Assembly: GCA_965218585.1 (NCBI GenBank)
Contig: CBDCLE010000017.1
Coordinates: 192,001 to 256,000, forward strand
Length of the DNA: 64,000 nt
Direction of reading: 5' to 3'
From: Terriglobia bacterium
GTDB lineage: Bacteria; Acidobacteriota; Terriglobia; 20CM-2-55-15
A program made the position numbers and the translations under genes. Shown here piece after piece: positions 52,105 to 63,909 of the stretch. Position 1 is the first letter of the stretch. Every line of letters starts with the position of its first letter. The notes beneath the pieces were generated by a model that was given only the letters and a program-made list of their open reading frames with translations, was not told where the DNA came from and ran no database searches.

Positions 52105-52641
52105 CTACTCGAGAAACACGGCAATCGCGTCGTCCCACTTCCCCTGTGCTTTCAATATCAATTCGATCACTTCCCTCACGGCGCCGTTGCCTCCCGAAGC
52201 ATCGGTGACGTAAGCTGCGCGGGCGCGGACTTCGGGAGCCGCGTTCGAGACGGCTACGGGAAAGCCCACGCGTGTCATAGCGGGCAGATCCACGACGTCG
52301 TCGCCGATGAAGCAGATCTGGGCAGCCCCAACACCACTCTTCTGAACGATCTCGCCAAGGACCGTCTTCTTGTCACGGGCACCGAGGTGGATGAAGTCGA
52401 TGGACAATTCTTCCGCCCGCTTCTGAACTCCAGCAGAACTCCTCGCCGACACGATGCCGGTCTTCAAACCCGCGCGATGAGCGAGGAAGATCCCAGAACC
52501 ATCGAGAACGTGAAACGCCTTCACCTCGACCAGCTCCCCGTCGGGAACGAACCATACCTTACCGTCTGTCAGGACTCCGTCGACGTCCATCAGAAGAATC
52601 TGGATGTCCTTTATTCGCGCGCTTAGTTCTTCTTGAGACAT
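52105..52641 (-). CDS. kdsC: KDO-8-phosphate phosphatase
   Basis: MDVDGVLTDG, IGDDVVD and GGNGAVRE motifs. Confidence 0.93.
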   Translation of the reverse strand: MSQEELSARIKDIQILLMDVDGVLTDGKVWFVPDGELVEVKAFHVLDGSGIFLAHRAGLKTGIVSARSSAGVQKRAEELSIDFIHLGARDKKTVLGEIVQKSGVGAAQICFIGDDVVDLPAMTRVGFPVAVSNAAPEVRARAAYVTDASGGNGAVREVIELILKAQGKWDDAIAVFLE

Positions 52642-53443
52642 CGGCGGATTTCGATCAGTTGTTTTAGCAGGTCTTCGAGCAGGGACAAATCCAGGGCGTT
52701 GGGACCGTCCGAGAGCGCTTCGGAAGGGTTGTCGTGAATTTCCATAAAGATTCCGTCAACACCGGCCGCCACTCCGGCCCGCGCCAGGTGGGGAATGAAC
52801 TCGGGCTGCCCGCCGGAGGCGTGGCCCTGTCCGCCAGGCAGTTGAAGGCTGTGCGTAATGTCAAATACGACCGGAAAGTCAAACCGCTGCATCATTGGAA
52901 AAGACCGGAAGTCCACGACGAGGTTGTTGTAACCGAACGAACTTCCCCGTTCGGTCAGGATAACTTTTTCGTTGCCCGCTTCCCTGGCCTTGGTCACGGC
53001 GTGCTCCATGTCGAGGGGCGACACGAACTGGCCTTTCTTGATATTGACGATCTTGCCGGTGCGGGCTGCAGCCAGGATCAGGTCCGTCTGCCTGCAGAGA
53101 AATGCCGGGATCTGAAGGACGTCGATCGCTTCGCCGGCCGCTTCGGCATGAGCCGGTTCATGGACGTCGGTCAGGACAGGCACGCCGACCTCACTCCGGA
53201 CTCCGGCGAGAATCTCCAGCCCCTTATCAAGCCCGGGGCCGCGAAACGAGTGGATGGAAGTCCGGTTGGCCTTGTCGTATGACGCCTTGAATATGTAAGG
53301 AATGCCGAGGCGCTCGGTGATCTTCTGAATCTCCGATGCCATGTGGATGGCATGGTCCCCACTTTCGATAACACACGGGCCGCCGATCAGGAAGAAGTCG
53401 CTTGAAAGATCGTAGTCGAACCCCGGAACTGTCAGGCTCCGCA

Positions 53444-53444
<1 letters not shown>
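52623..53444 (-). CDS. kdsA: KDO-8-phosphate synthase
   Basis: GPCVIES, KASYDKANRTS, QIPAFLCRQTDL and SDGPN motifs. Confidence 0.96.
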
Positions 53445-55075
<1,631 letters not shown>

Positions 55076-55081
55076 TTATTC

Positions 55082-55822
55082 TCATCTGTTTACGCTCTTC
55101 ATTCTACTGCTCTCCAGAAGGGTTTGGAATGCCTCGAGATCCTCCGGCGTATCGATTCCCCAGGAATCACTCTGAACTTCCACGACACGAATCCGGTATC
55201 CGTGTTCGAGGATGCGTAACTGTTCAAGTCGCTCGGCCAGCTCGAGTACCCTCGGTTCCAGACTCGTAAAGGACCGAAGAAAGCCCGCCGTGTATGCGTA
55301 GAGGCCAAGATGCAGGAAGCACGGACCAGATGAGGGGATTACGGACCGGGAAAAATACATCGCGAAGCCATTTTTATCTACCACGACCTTTACGTTGTTG
55401 GGATCGGCGATGGCTTTGGGGTCTCGAAGCGGCGTCATCAGGGTTACGACGTCGGCATCACGCAAACGGGCAGCGGTCAAAGCGCTTTCGATAACCTCGG
55501 GCTCAATCAGCGGTTCGTCGCCCTGGACGTTGACGACGATCGTGTCGTCTGCCATGTCGGCGGCGGCTTCGGCCAGCCGATCCGTCCCGCTCTGATGCTC
55601 GGTCCCGGTGAGAACGGCGTCCCCACCAAAAGCCTCGACCGCAGCCTGTATACGGTCGTCATCGGTGGCCACCATGATCCGGTCCAGGCCGCGGGCGAGC
55701 TCGACACGTCGATACACGTGCTCGATCAGGGTCCGGCCTTCAATTTTTTTCAGGGGTTTCCCGGGGAGACGGCTCGACTGATAGCGTGCAGGTATGATCG
55801 CAACTGAGCCGTATCCGTTCAT
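55082..55822 (-). CDS. kdsB: CMP-KDO synthetase
   Basis: IPARYQSSRLPGKPL, SGTDR, NVQGDEP and LEQLR motifs. Confidence 0.96.
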   Translation of the reverse strand: MNGYGSVAIIPARYQSSRLPGKPLKKIEGRTLIEHVYRRVELARGLDRIMVATDDDRIQAAVEAFGGDAVLTGTEHQSGTDRLAEAAADMADDTIVVNVQGDEPLIEPEVIESALTAARLRDADVVTLMTPLRDPKAIADPNNVKVVVDKNGFAMYFSRSVIPSSGPCFLHLGLYAYTAGFLRSFTSLEPRVLELAERLEQLRILEHGYRIRVVEVQSDSWGIDTPEDLEAFQTLLESSRMKSVNR

Positions 55823-56129
55823 CCGGAGGGTGATTTGTGTCTGTTCCCTCGGTGACTATAGCACACGGACCGGATCGGCGGGTGTGCTTAAACGGTGAAA
55901 AGAACTCGCTGGCGAACGGGACCTCATCTGATCTAAGTATAATAATATAAACAACCTGTAAGATCTCACCCGGACTGCAAGTACGCCCCATGAGAGCGTC
56001 TTGGGAAGACGTGCGCTCATAGAGTGCACCTACAGTTTGGTCCAAGATATTTCGTAGGTCCTTGGTCGCGGGTTGAAGCATAATGCGACCTGCTTCAAAT
56101 ACCTGCGGATTTCGACGGGAGCTTAGGAC

Positions 56130-57851
56130 ATGAGAGCGACCACGCTTGAACCGACGATCTTGTTAGCGATCCTGGCCATCTTTATTGGGCAAACAGGCCT
56201 GAGGGCCCAGTCGGAGCTGCCCGAATGGGAGCCGATTACCGAAGAACGTCTGCTCAACCCTCGGGACGGTGACTGGCTGAGCTACCGCCGAACCTATGAC
56301 GTCTTCGGTTTCAGTCCACTGGACGAGATCAACAGGGCAACTGTCGGCAATCTTCGACCCGTCTGGTCCTATTCGATGAGGGACAACAGCCGATGGGTCC
56401 CGACACCGATCGTTGCTAACGGACTCATGTACGTCTCCGAGGGCAGCGGCCGCGTGGTGGCTTTCGACGTGGTCTCGGGCGACGTTGCATGGATCCATCA
56501 ACGGAGCTATCCCGACGACATCGCGATTTCCCAGGCCTTTCCGCGCCACCGTGGTGTTTCCGTCTACGAAGACAAGATTTACTGGGGTACGGCCGATTCT
56601 CACCTCGTCGCGCTGGACGCCCAGACGGGCCAGCAACTCTGGGAAGTCCGGACCGGTGACTACCAGATTGGTGAAGGCCACGCCCACCCGCCACTAATCG
56701 CCCAGGGCAAGGTGCTGCTGGGATCGCTGGGCGGTGAACGTGGCGCGCGCGGCTCGATGACTGCGTACGAGACCGAGACAGGCGACCTGTTGTGGAAGAC
56801 CTACACGATCCCCGCAGCAGGCGAGCCCGGGGCTGAGAGTTGGGCCGACAGCGACATGCCACCACTCGGCGGGCTGACGTGGGGCACGATCAGCTACGAT
56901 CCAGAGCTCGGATTTGTATATTTCGGAACCGGTCAGCCCACGCCATGGGCGACGACACTTCGTGGTGCCGGCGACGCGCTGTACACGAACTCGGTCATCG
57001 CGCTCGACATCGAGCGCGGCGAGATGCAGTGGTACTTCCAGGTTGTTCCTGAAGACAACTGGGACATGGACTCTCCCTATGAGAGTACGCTGGTGGATCT
57101 CCCGATCAATGGAGAAACGCGCCAGGCGCTGATCCACACCAGCAAAGTCGGCTGGGGCGTCGTTCTGGACAGAGTCACGGGCGAGTTCCTGCACTCTTTC
57201 CGGACCGCATACGACAATATCATCACGGACTGGACGGGGGACGGCCGCCCGATCTTCAACCCGGAGGTCATCCCCGCACCCGAGGATGTCGATTCGGACA
57301 AGATCTTCGAGGTATGCCCGCACTTCCACGGGGCACGGAATCTCAATTCACCCAGTTACAGCCCGATTACCGGCCTGTATTACCTGGCTGTGAACAACAC
57401 GTGCATGGACGCTGTTTTCGTCTCTCAGGAATACGTACTCGGCCAGAGATACGGAGGAATGGAGGGCAGTCCGAAGATGGTGCCGGGTTTCGATTACGTT
57501 GGTGAGTTCGTGGCGTTCGACCCGGTCACGGGCGAACGTCGATGGGAATACCGCCGGCCCAACGGAGTCGCTATGACTGCCTCTGCTCTGTCGACGGCGG
57601 GTGGAGTCGTGTTCGGAGGAACGGCTGATCGTCAGCTTTTCGCGCTGGATACTGAAACCGGAGAAGCCTTATGGGAGATGCGTTTGAACGGCGATATATC
57701 GGGTGCCCCGATCACTTTCGAAGCTGACGGCCGGCAGTATGTCGCCGTCGGTGCGGGAGGCCGTATCGCACAGACAACTTCCTACGCCCGATTTACAGAT
57801 TCGGATATCCCGCAGGGAACGGGCGTGATCTGGGTGTTTGCCCTGCCGTAG
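56130..57851 (+). CDS. PQQ-dependent dehydrogenase (beta-propeller)
   Basis: Signal peptide; Trp-docking repeats, NSVIALD...WYFQVVPEDNWDMD, CP and GRQYVAV motifs. Confidence 0.9.
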   Translation: MRATTLEPTILLAILAIFIGQTGLRAQSELPEWEPITEERLLNPRDGDWLSYRRTYDVFGFSPLDEINRATVGNLRPVWSYSMRDNSRWVPTPIVANGLMYVSEGSGRVVAFDVVSGDVAWIHQRSYPDDIAISQAFPRHRGVSVYEDKIYWGTADSHLVALDAQTGQQLWEVRTGDYQIGEGHAHPPLIAQGKVLLGSLGGERGARGSMTAYETETGDLLWKTYTIPAAGEPGAESWADSDMPPLGGLTWGTISYDPELGFVYFGTGQPTPWATTLRGAGDALYTNSVIALDIERGEMQWYFQVVPEDNWDMDSPYESTLVDLPINGETRQALIHTSKVGWGVVLDRVTGEFLHSFRTAYDNIITDWTGDGRPIFNPEVIPAPEDVDSDKIFEVCPHFHGARNLNSPSYSPITGLYYLAVNNTCMDAVFVSQEYVLGQRYGGMEGSPKMVPGFDYVGEFVAFDPVTGERRWEYRRPNGVAMTASALSTAGGVVFGGTADRQLFALDTETGEALWEMRLNGDISGAPITFEADGRQYVAVGAGGRIAQTTSYARFTDSDIPQGTGVIWVFALP

Positions 57852-57871
57852 ATCAGGGAGTGTTTTCTCTT

Positions 57872-57943
57872 CTGTAGGTGCGGTCTATGACCGCGCAACC
57901 GAGGGAATTCTTATTTGTGTGCGGTCATAGACCGCACCTACAG
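57872..57943. repeat. REP doublet (REPIN-like)
   Basis: ctgtaggtgcggtctatgaccgc and its inverse gcggtcatagaccgcacctacag, between convergent genes. Confidence 0.8.
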
Positions 57944-57977
57944 GTATTCACTCTTTAGGCGTTATTCTGTATGACCG

Positions 57978-58460
57978 CTACTCGTCTTGTTCGTCGACTC
58001 CCAGGGCCTCTTCGGCCTCGGACCGAGACGTAAAGCCCATCTCGATCCACTCGGGCCACTCCTCGGTCCGCTGGTTGGCTCTGCAGCCGCCATCGCTCGG
58101 ATTGTAGACAGTTCCGTCCTCGGTGATGACCAGGCCCATGGCGCCGCCAGGCCTTCCGTCATGGAGCGGACAGTGGACCATCGTGATTCGTTCTCCGGGC
58201 TGGAGTGTGAAACCGTTCATGCTGGGATTCCGTCCGAGGATCGACGCCGGAGCGGCCCCCTCGAACGCCCACTGCGTCCCTTGGTCGTCTTGAACGTACA
58301 TCAGGACGTGCGGACTGTTGAACCCCCAGCGCGCCACCTCGCCGGTGACTACCTCTTCCTTTGAGTCGTCGAACATGGTGAAGCTGTGATGAGCCTCGAC
58401 GGCGAGCGCGGTCAGGCCGACCACCAGTGACGCACACACCAACATCCGAAGTTTCTTCAT
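57978..58460 (-). CDS. DUF6152-family secreted protein
   Basis: Signal peptide followed by AHHSF..FD, NSPH and W.FEG motifs. Confidence 0.75.
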   Translation of the reverse strand: MKKLRMLVCASLVVGLTALAVEAHHSFTMFDDSKEEVVTGEVARWGFNSPHVLMYVQDDQGTQWAFEGAAPASILGRNPSMNGFTLQPGERITMVHCPLHDGRPGGAMGLVITEDGTVYNPSDGGCRANQRTEEWPEWIEMGFTSRSEAEEALGVDEQDE

Positions 58461-58484
58461 TTTTTCTCTCCTGAACAGTCTTAA

Positions 58485-59450
58485 CTATTGCACCCGGTCG
58501 TTGAAAATCGGATTCCGCTCCTGACCCGGCAGGTCAGACGGCAAATCCGGAGTCTGCCGCGGACCGCGGATATCGAAGTAACCTTCTTCCCCCGGAAGCA
58601 GAAACTGAGTGGTTCCCTCTTCGGTGAGATAGGTGTTCCGGTTGCTGTCGCACTCCCAGTGTCGGATCCGGAACCCGGCGTCTTCCAGATCGTGGCGACG
58701 CCTGTAGGTATAGGTCACCGTCAGCGGCTCGGCCAGCGACAGTTCGTCGTAAAAGGTGGCGTTGACGACAAGCCTCTGGTCGCCATTGGGAAAGGTCTCC
58801 AGACGCCACACCTCGACGCCCTCAAACTGGTTGCTTGTCGGCGGGAGGCCGCGAAACCAGTCGTTCGGGTAGACATCAACTGTATGGACGATCAGCATGT
58901 CACCCGCCCAGAAACCGACGCTGTCGCCGAGCGGAGAGTGGGTGCCCTCGATGTTCTGATGATCCTGGCCGACATAGATGCGCCTGTTCTCGTTCGCGAG
59001 GTCGTTGAGTTGCCAGGACTGATCCGGTGAGTTGATGAACTCGCGAACATAGGGTTCGCGCAGGAACCTGGGATAACCCGGAGCCTCGCAGGAGGTCAGC
59101 CGGTCGTACCCTTGTTGGCCGCGTTCTTCAATGAGATCCAGTCGCATCTGGAAGGCTGCCTCGTATTCGGGCGTGAGCAGGCCCTCGACCATTTCGTCTT
59201 CCTGGACAAACGTGGATCTCGCACCGTCGCCGCCGGCGGACCACAAACCTTCCCATTTCGGCACGGTCTCGTGGGTGTGGGCTACGCCACCGTCGTGCTG
59301 TCGGTACAGGAAGTCATAGTATTCCTGCGAGGTGCGGAAGTTCTGCGGCGGGTCCATCGGCTCCGGCAGTGTCTGCGCGACGGACGGCAATGCGCTCGCC
59401 GCCAGCAACAGGCCAGCGCCATACGCCAACAAATGTTTACGAACCTTCAT
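58485..59450 (-). CDS. Secreted hypothetical protein of the type commonly found beside DUF6152
   Basis: Signal peptide; C...GYPR, GDSVGFW.GD.LIVHT and ECDSN motifs. Confidence 0.7.
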   Translation of the reverse strand: MKVRKHLLAYGAGLLLAASALPSVAQTLPEPMDPPQNFRTSQEYYDFLYRQHDGGVAHTHETVPKWEGLWSAGGDGARSTFVQEDEMVEGLLTPEYEAAFQMRLDLIEERGQQGYDRLTSCEAPGYPRFLREPYVREFINSPDQSWQLNDLANENRRIYVGQDHQNIEGTHSPLGDSVGFWAGDMLIVHTVDVYPNDWFRGLPPTSNQFEGVEVWRLETFPNGDQRLVVNATFYDELSLAEPLTVTYTYRRRHDLEDAGFRIRHWECDSNRNTYLTEEGTTQFLLPGEEGYFDIRGPRQTPDLPSDLPGQERNPIFNDRVQ

Positions 59451-59738
59451 GGGTTCCTCCTTCCAAACTCAGCTGGGTTCCCTAACGCACGCAAACATTG
59501 CCACACTCGACGAAGATTGACAACCGGGTTAGGTCGGCGGGATCAGGGAATGAAACGGAAACGCCCCCGGATGGGACCTTTTCTGTCCTAAACCTAAGCA
59601 TCTAAAAGCACTTTGGGCGTCACGCTGTATGCATCATTACTTGCACCCGAAATGTCAGAGAACTATAATCAGCTCAGTTTCCGGACAAACCTTTTGGCGC
59701 GTTCGATTTGAGGGTCTCGAAAGATCCTTTTCCGGGGA

Positions 59739-60689
59739 GTGGTGCTGATGCGGTGGAAAAAGTCGGTTCTTGCCTTGAGCGCGTTCTTTAGTGCGGTGCT
59801 GCTCGTCACCATTGCTGCGTACTCCCAGAACCTGCAGGACGCCCTTGAGCAGACGCTGAGCGTCAACGTCGATCTCGTACTCGTCAACGCTACGGTAAGC
59901 GACTCACAAACGGGTCGGCCGGTCACCGGAATGCAGCGACAACATTTCGAGGTCTACGAGGATCGGGTCCAACAGGAAATCCAGTACTTCTCCGCCGAAG
60001 ACGTTCCCCTGAGCGTGGGCATCATCTTCGACGTCAGCGGCAGCATGAAGGAAAAGATGACAGTGGCACGCGACGCTGCGGTGACGTTCCTTGAAACCGG
60101 CAGCCCTCAGGACGAACACTTCCTCGTCCCGTTCAGCGGTCGAGCGGAGGTCGCACAGGATTTCACCAGCGACATCGCCAGACTGCAAAACCAGCTCATT
60201 TTCACGCCTGCTCAGGGCATGACAGCACTCTACGACGCCGTTTATCTGGGACTCGAAAAGGTCAAAGAGGGTAGAAACCCGAAGAAAGCCCTCCTGATGA
60301 TCACGGACGGTCAAGACAACCGAAGCCGCTACACTTTTGGAAACGTCCGGGAATATGTCCGTGAATCCGACGTCCAGTTGTATGCCATAGGGATCGTCGA
60401 TGCGTTCAACTCTCAATTAGGACTCGGGCGCACCGGGCGTGGATTGATCGAAGAACTCTCGGATATGACCGGTGGCCGTTCGTTCTTTCCGAATTCGGTT
60501 TTTGAACTCGAGGACATCACGCGGCGAATTGCCATCGAACTCAAGAACCAATATGTCATCGGCTACTTCTCGACCAACGAGGAAACGGACGGTGAATGGC
60601 GCGACATCCAGGTCGACGTTAATCCTCCAAGAGGCGTTCCCCGCCTTTCCGTCCGCGCCAAGCAAGGCTACTACGGCCCCGTCCGTTAA
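59739..60689 (+). CDS. Secreted VWA-domain protein
   Basis: SVNVDLVLVNATV, MIDAS DVSGS, TALYDA, ITDG and QYVIGY motifs. Confidence 0.9.
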   Translation: MVLMRWKKSVLALSAFFSAVLLVTIAAYSQNLQDALEQTLSVNVDLVLVNATVSDSQTGRPVTGMQRQHFEVYEDRVQQEIQYFSAEDVPLSVGIIFDVSGSMKEKMTVARDAAVTFLETGSPQDEHFLVPFSGRAEVAQDFTSDIARLQNQLIFTPAQGMTALYDAVYLGLEKVKEGRNPKKALLMITDGQDNRSRYTFGNVREYVRESDVQLYAIGIVDAFNSQLGLGRTGRGLIEELSDMTGGRSFFPNSVFELEDITRRIAIELKNQYVIGYFSTNEETDGEWRDIQVDVNPPRGVPRLSVRAKQGYYGPVR

Positions 60690-60714
60690 ACAGTCCGTGG
60701 CACGGACTGATCGC

Positions 60715-61704
60715 ATGCGACGCTTTCGGGGAACACAGATCCTTTACGGCTCTCTTCTTGCAGTGTTGCTGTCCACACCTACGGGTCTGGTCAGTGCTCA
60801 GCAACTGGAGCGCGACGAAGATCAGGAGTTCCGGATCAGCGTCGATGTCGAACTGGTTCAGCTTCCTGTGTCGGTGTTGGACCGCGACGGCGCCCCGGTG
60901 ATCGGCCTCGAACAGGAGCACTTCGAGGTGTACGAAGATGGTGTGCGCCAGGACATCTCTCTGTTCGAGCACGAAGACGTTCCCATCAGCGTTGGCCTCG
61001 TAATCGACAACAGCGGTAGCATGCGCAATAAGCGGGAACGTGTGAACAGCGCGGCGCTGGTATTCGTGCGCGAAAGCAACCCGGAAGATGAAACCTTCGT
61101 AGTCAACTTCGACGACGAAGCTTATCTGGAACAGGATTTTACCGGCAGCATCGGAAACCTGGTCGATACGCTGGAGAACGTCGATACCCGTGGCGAAACA
61201 GCATTGAACGACGCCATCTATCTTTCACTCGAACATGTCGAGGCCGACGGGCGCATGGACAAGAAGGCGCTTCTCGTAGTCAGTGACGGAGAGGACAACG
61301 CCAGCGGGTTTGGTTTCAACCGCGTGCTGGAGCGCGCCAGAGAAGCCGAAGTGACTGTATATGTAATCGGTTTGCTCGAATTGAACGATCAGCGAGGCGG
61401 CCTGTTCCGGCGTTCGCCATCATCGAGAGCGAGACGCGAACTTCGCCAGATCGCAGAGACTACAGGAGGGCAAGCCTACTTCCCTGAAACGCTGGCTGAA
61501 GTCGAAGAGCTGTGCCGGCGCGTCGCGCACGATCTTCGCAATCACTACACGCTCGGCTACAACCCCAGCAACAGAACATTCGACGGCACGTGGCGTGAGA
61601 TTGAAGTCGAGGTCAATGCTCCCAGAGGTTTCCCCAGACTGGAAGCCCGGACCAAACCGGGCTATTACGCTCCCGACGGCCCTCCGGTTTCGGAGAACCG
61701 CTAG
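60715..61704 (+). CDS. Secreted VWA-domain protein (paralog)
   Basis: SVDVELVQLPVSV, DNSGS, TALNDA and VSDGEDNAS motifs. Confidence 0.9.
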   Translation: MRRFRGTQILYGSLLAVLLSTPTGLVSAQQLERDEDQEFRISVDVELVQLPVSVLDRDGAPVIGLEQEHFEVYEDGVRQDISLFEHEDVPISVGLVIDNSGSMRNKRERVNSAALVFVRESNPEDETFVVNFDDEAYLEQDFTGSIGNLVDTLENVDTRGETALNDAIYLSLEHVEADGRMDKKALLVVSDGEDNASGFGFNRVLERAREAEVTVYVIGLLELNDQRGGLFRRSPSSRARRELRQIAETTGGQAYFPETLAEVEELCRRVAHDLRNHYTLGYNPSNRTFDGTWREIEVEVNAPRGFPRLEARTKPGYYAPDGPPVSENR

Positions 61705-61722
61705 AAAAGCTATAATCGTGAA

Positions 61723-61773
61723 CTGTAGGTGCGGTCGTCGCCGACTGTAGGCCGGCGACGACCGCACCTACAG
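61723..61773. repeat. REP-derived perfect hairpin
   Basis: 21-bp stem ctgtaggtgcggtcgtcgccg / cggcgacgaccgcacctacag; same ends as 57872-57943. Confidence 0.8.
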
Positions 61774-61781
61774 GGTCTTCC

Positions 61782-62924
61782 ATGGACTTTCACAACAAAG
61801 AAATCCTGAAACGTTACGCCCGCATGGTGACCGGACGCCCGTTCGCGCCCATTCTGCTGAACATACTGGTCACCTCGGTGTGTGACATGCGGTGCATCCA
61901 CTGTTTCTTCACCGACGAACTGAATGACAAGCCCCGTAAGAAGAAACAGATGAAGATACACGAGATCGAACGCATCAGCGAAACGCTGGGTGCGAATCTC
62001 GGAGTCTTGGTCATCGCCGGTGGGGAACCGTTCACAAGGAAGGATCTTCCCGAAGTCGCGCGCGCTTTCTATGAAAACAACCAGCTGGAATCGATCTACC
62101 TCATGTCCAACGGCCAGATCCAGCAGCGCATACTCCCCGACGTAGCCCGCATCCTTGACGAGTGTCCGAATCTCAATGTGACCGTGGCCCTTGGAATCGA
62201 CGGACTCAAGGAAGAACACGAGAAGATCCGGCAGAAACCCGGCAGCTGGGACATCGCAATCGACACCGCCCGCCAGCTCCAGCAGATCAAGGCTGAGGCA
62301 CCGCGCCTGGACGTGCAGACGTGTACGTGTTTTATGAACAGCAATCAGGACCGTATCTTCGAGTGGTATGACTTTCTGAAGACCGACCTCCAGCCGGACA
62401 AGGTGAACGTCAACTACATCCGGCCGCCGTCTGCCGTACCCACAGAACTCGATATCGACGTCTCGCGCTACTATAAGCTGACCGAGCAGATCGGCCAGGA
62501 TTCGGCGCATGCCGCGCTCAAAAACGAATACTCGGGAGATGCCGGCTTCTTCAAGGCCGCCATCGACGTGTACATGCACGAACTGATCGCAAAAACGGCG
62601 CTGGAGGGACGCCCCCAGCTCCGATGCTTTGCCGGCGACGCCGGTGGCGTCATCTATGACGAGGGCACGGTGTCGAGTTGCGAGATTCTCGAATCCGTGG
62701 GAAACCTTCGGGATTACGATTGGGATTTCTCCAAGCTCTGGTACTCACCCGCGATGGATGCACGCCGCGAGCAAGTTGCCGACGGCTGCTTCTGCACGCA
62801 CGAGAGCAACTGCTACTACCCTTCTCTCGCCTTCAACCCGCAACACCTGGTTCAGATCAAGAAGGTAGAACAGGACCTGAAAGATTCCGCACAGACCCGT
62901 GAGAACGAACTCGCGGCAACCTAA
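61782..62924 (+). CDS. Radical SAM protein with C-terminal SPASM/Twitch-like Cys region
   Basis: CDMRCIHC, GGEPF, and CFAG...GTVSSCE...CFCTHESNC. Confidence 0.9.
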   Translation: MDFHNKEILKRYARMVTGRPFAPILLNILVTSVCDMRCIHCFFTDELNDKPRKKKQMKIHEIERISETLGANLGVLVIAGGEPFTRKDLPEVARAFYENNQLESIYLMSNGQIQQRILPDVARILDECPNLNVTVALGIDGLKEEHEKIRQKPGSWDIAIDTARQLQQIKAEAPRLDVQTCTCFMNSNQDRIFEWYDFLKTDLQPDKVNVNYIRPPSAVPTELDIDVSRYYKLTEQIGQDSAHAALKNEYSGDAGFFKAAIDVYMHELIAKTALEGRPQLRCFAGDAGGVIYDEGTVSSCEILESVGNLRDYDWDFSKLWYSPAMDARREQVADGCFCTHESNCYYPSLAFNPQHLVQIKKVEQDLKDSAQTRENELAAT

Positions 62925-63909
62925 ACAACGATCCCTCAAATCGGCAGCCCGGTCGCTGGAGGACTGGTTCAAGAAATCTCACCGTCGCCTGCCGTGGCGT
63001 GAAACCTACGATCCTTATCACGTCTGGGTTTCAGAAGTGATGTTGCAGCAGACGCAGGTCGATACGGTACTGCCGTACTACAAGCGTTTCCTCAAACGGT
63101 TCCCCACCCTTGAACGATTGGCCCGTTCGAGGGAGGACGACGTTCTCGGGCTCTGGTCCGGTCTCGGGTATTACAATCGCGCCCGCAATTTCAGGACGGC
63201 CGCGATCACGGTCATGGACGAACACGAAGGTCAGGTACCGGATTCTTATCCGGCGCTTCTTGAGCTTCCCGGAATCGGCCGCTACATGGCTGGAGCCATC
63301 ATGAGCATCGCCTTCAATAAGCCGTACCCCATCGTCGACGGGAATGTCCGACGCGTTCTCTCACGCGTCAATCAATGGAAAGACGCGACCAATGCGACAC
63401 TCTGGGCAGGGGCCGATGTGATGGTCCGATTGGGCGAACCTCGTGTGGTCAACCAGGCTTTGATGGAATTGGGAGCCACTGTGTGCACACCCAAGGCACC
63501 GAACTGCAAAGCATGTCCATGGAAAAGACGTTGCGAAGCGTTCGGGACCGGGCAGCAGGAATCGATACCCCTGCCGCGAAAACGGGCAAAGACCGTACGG
63601 GTCGACCTTACGGCCGTAATCGACAGCAACCAACGCGGCGTGCTCATGCTGGAGAACGACGGCATGTGGGAGTTCCCAACCTTTCCGTCACTTCCCGCAG
63701 GATCTTTCGAAGAGCTAGGTTCTTGCCGCCATGCAATCACACACCACCGGGTTTACGTTCAGGTCTATCATGGAAAACTCGGCCGCAGACGCAACTATCG
63801 CCGCGTCCGATTCGACGGCCTTCCGGTCACGTCCCTCACACGCAAGATTTATCATGTCTTTGAAAAGAAGATTGAACGCAGAGACGCAGAGACGCGGAGA
63901 AAGAACTAA
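62899..63909 (+). CDS. mutY: A/G-specific adenine glycosylase
   Basis: RLPWR, VSEVMLQQTQV, WSGLGYY, LPGIGRY, VDGNV and CX6CX2CX5C motifs; start uncertain. Confidence 0.93.
   Translation: MRTNSRQPKQRSLKSAARSLEDWFKKSHRRLPWRETYDPYHVWVSEVMLQQTQVDTVLPYYKRFLKRFPTLERLARSREDDVLGLWSGLGYYNRARNFRTAAITVMDEHEGQVPDSYPALLELPGIGRYMAGAIMSIAFNKPYPIVDGNVRRVLSRVNQWKDATNATLWAGADVMVRLGEPRVVNQALMELGATVCTPKAPNCKACPWKRRCEAFGTGQQESIPLPRKRAKTVRVDLTAVIDSNQRGVLMLENDGMWEFPTFPSLPAGSFEELGSCRHAITHHRVYVQVYHGKLGRRRNYRRVRFDGLPVTSLTRKIYHVFEKKIERRDAETRRKN

Noticed and set aside
61710-62579. Long antisense ORFs (this one, 9705-10595, 48026-48808 and others)
   Set aside because: Shadow frames of well-supported genes in GC-rich DNA, with no motifs.
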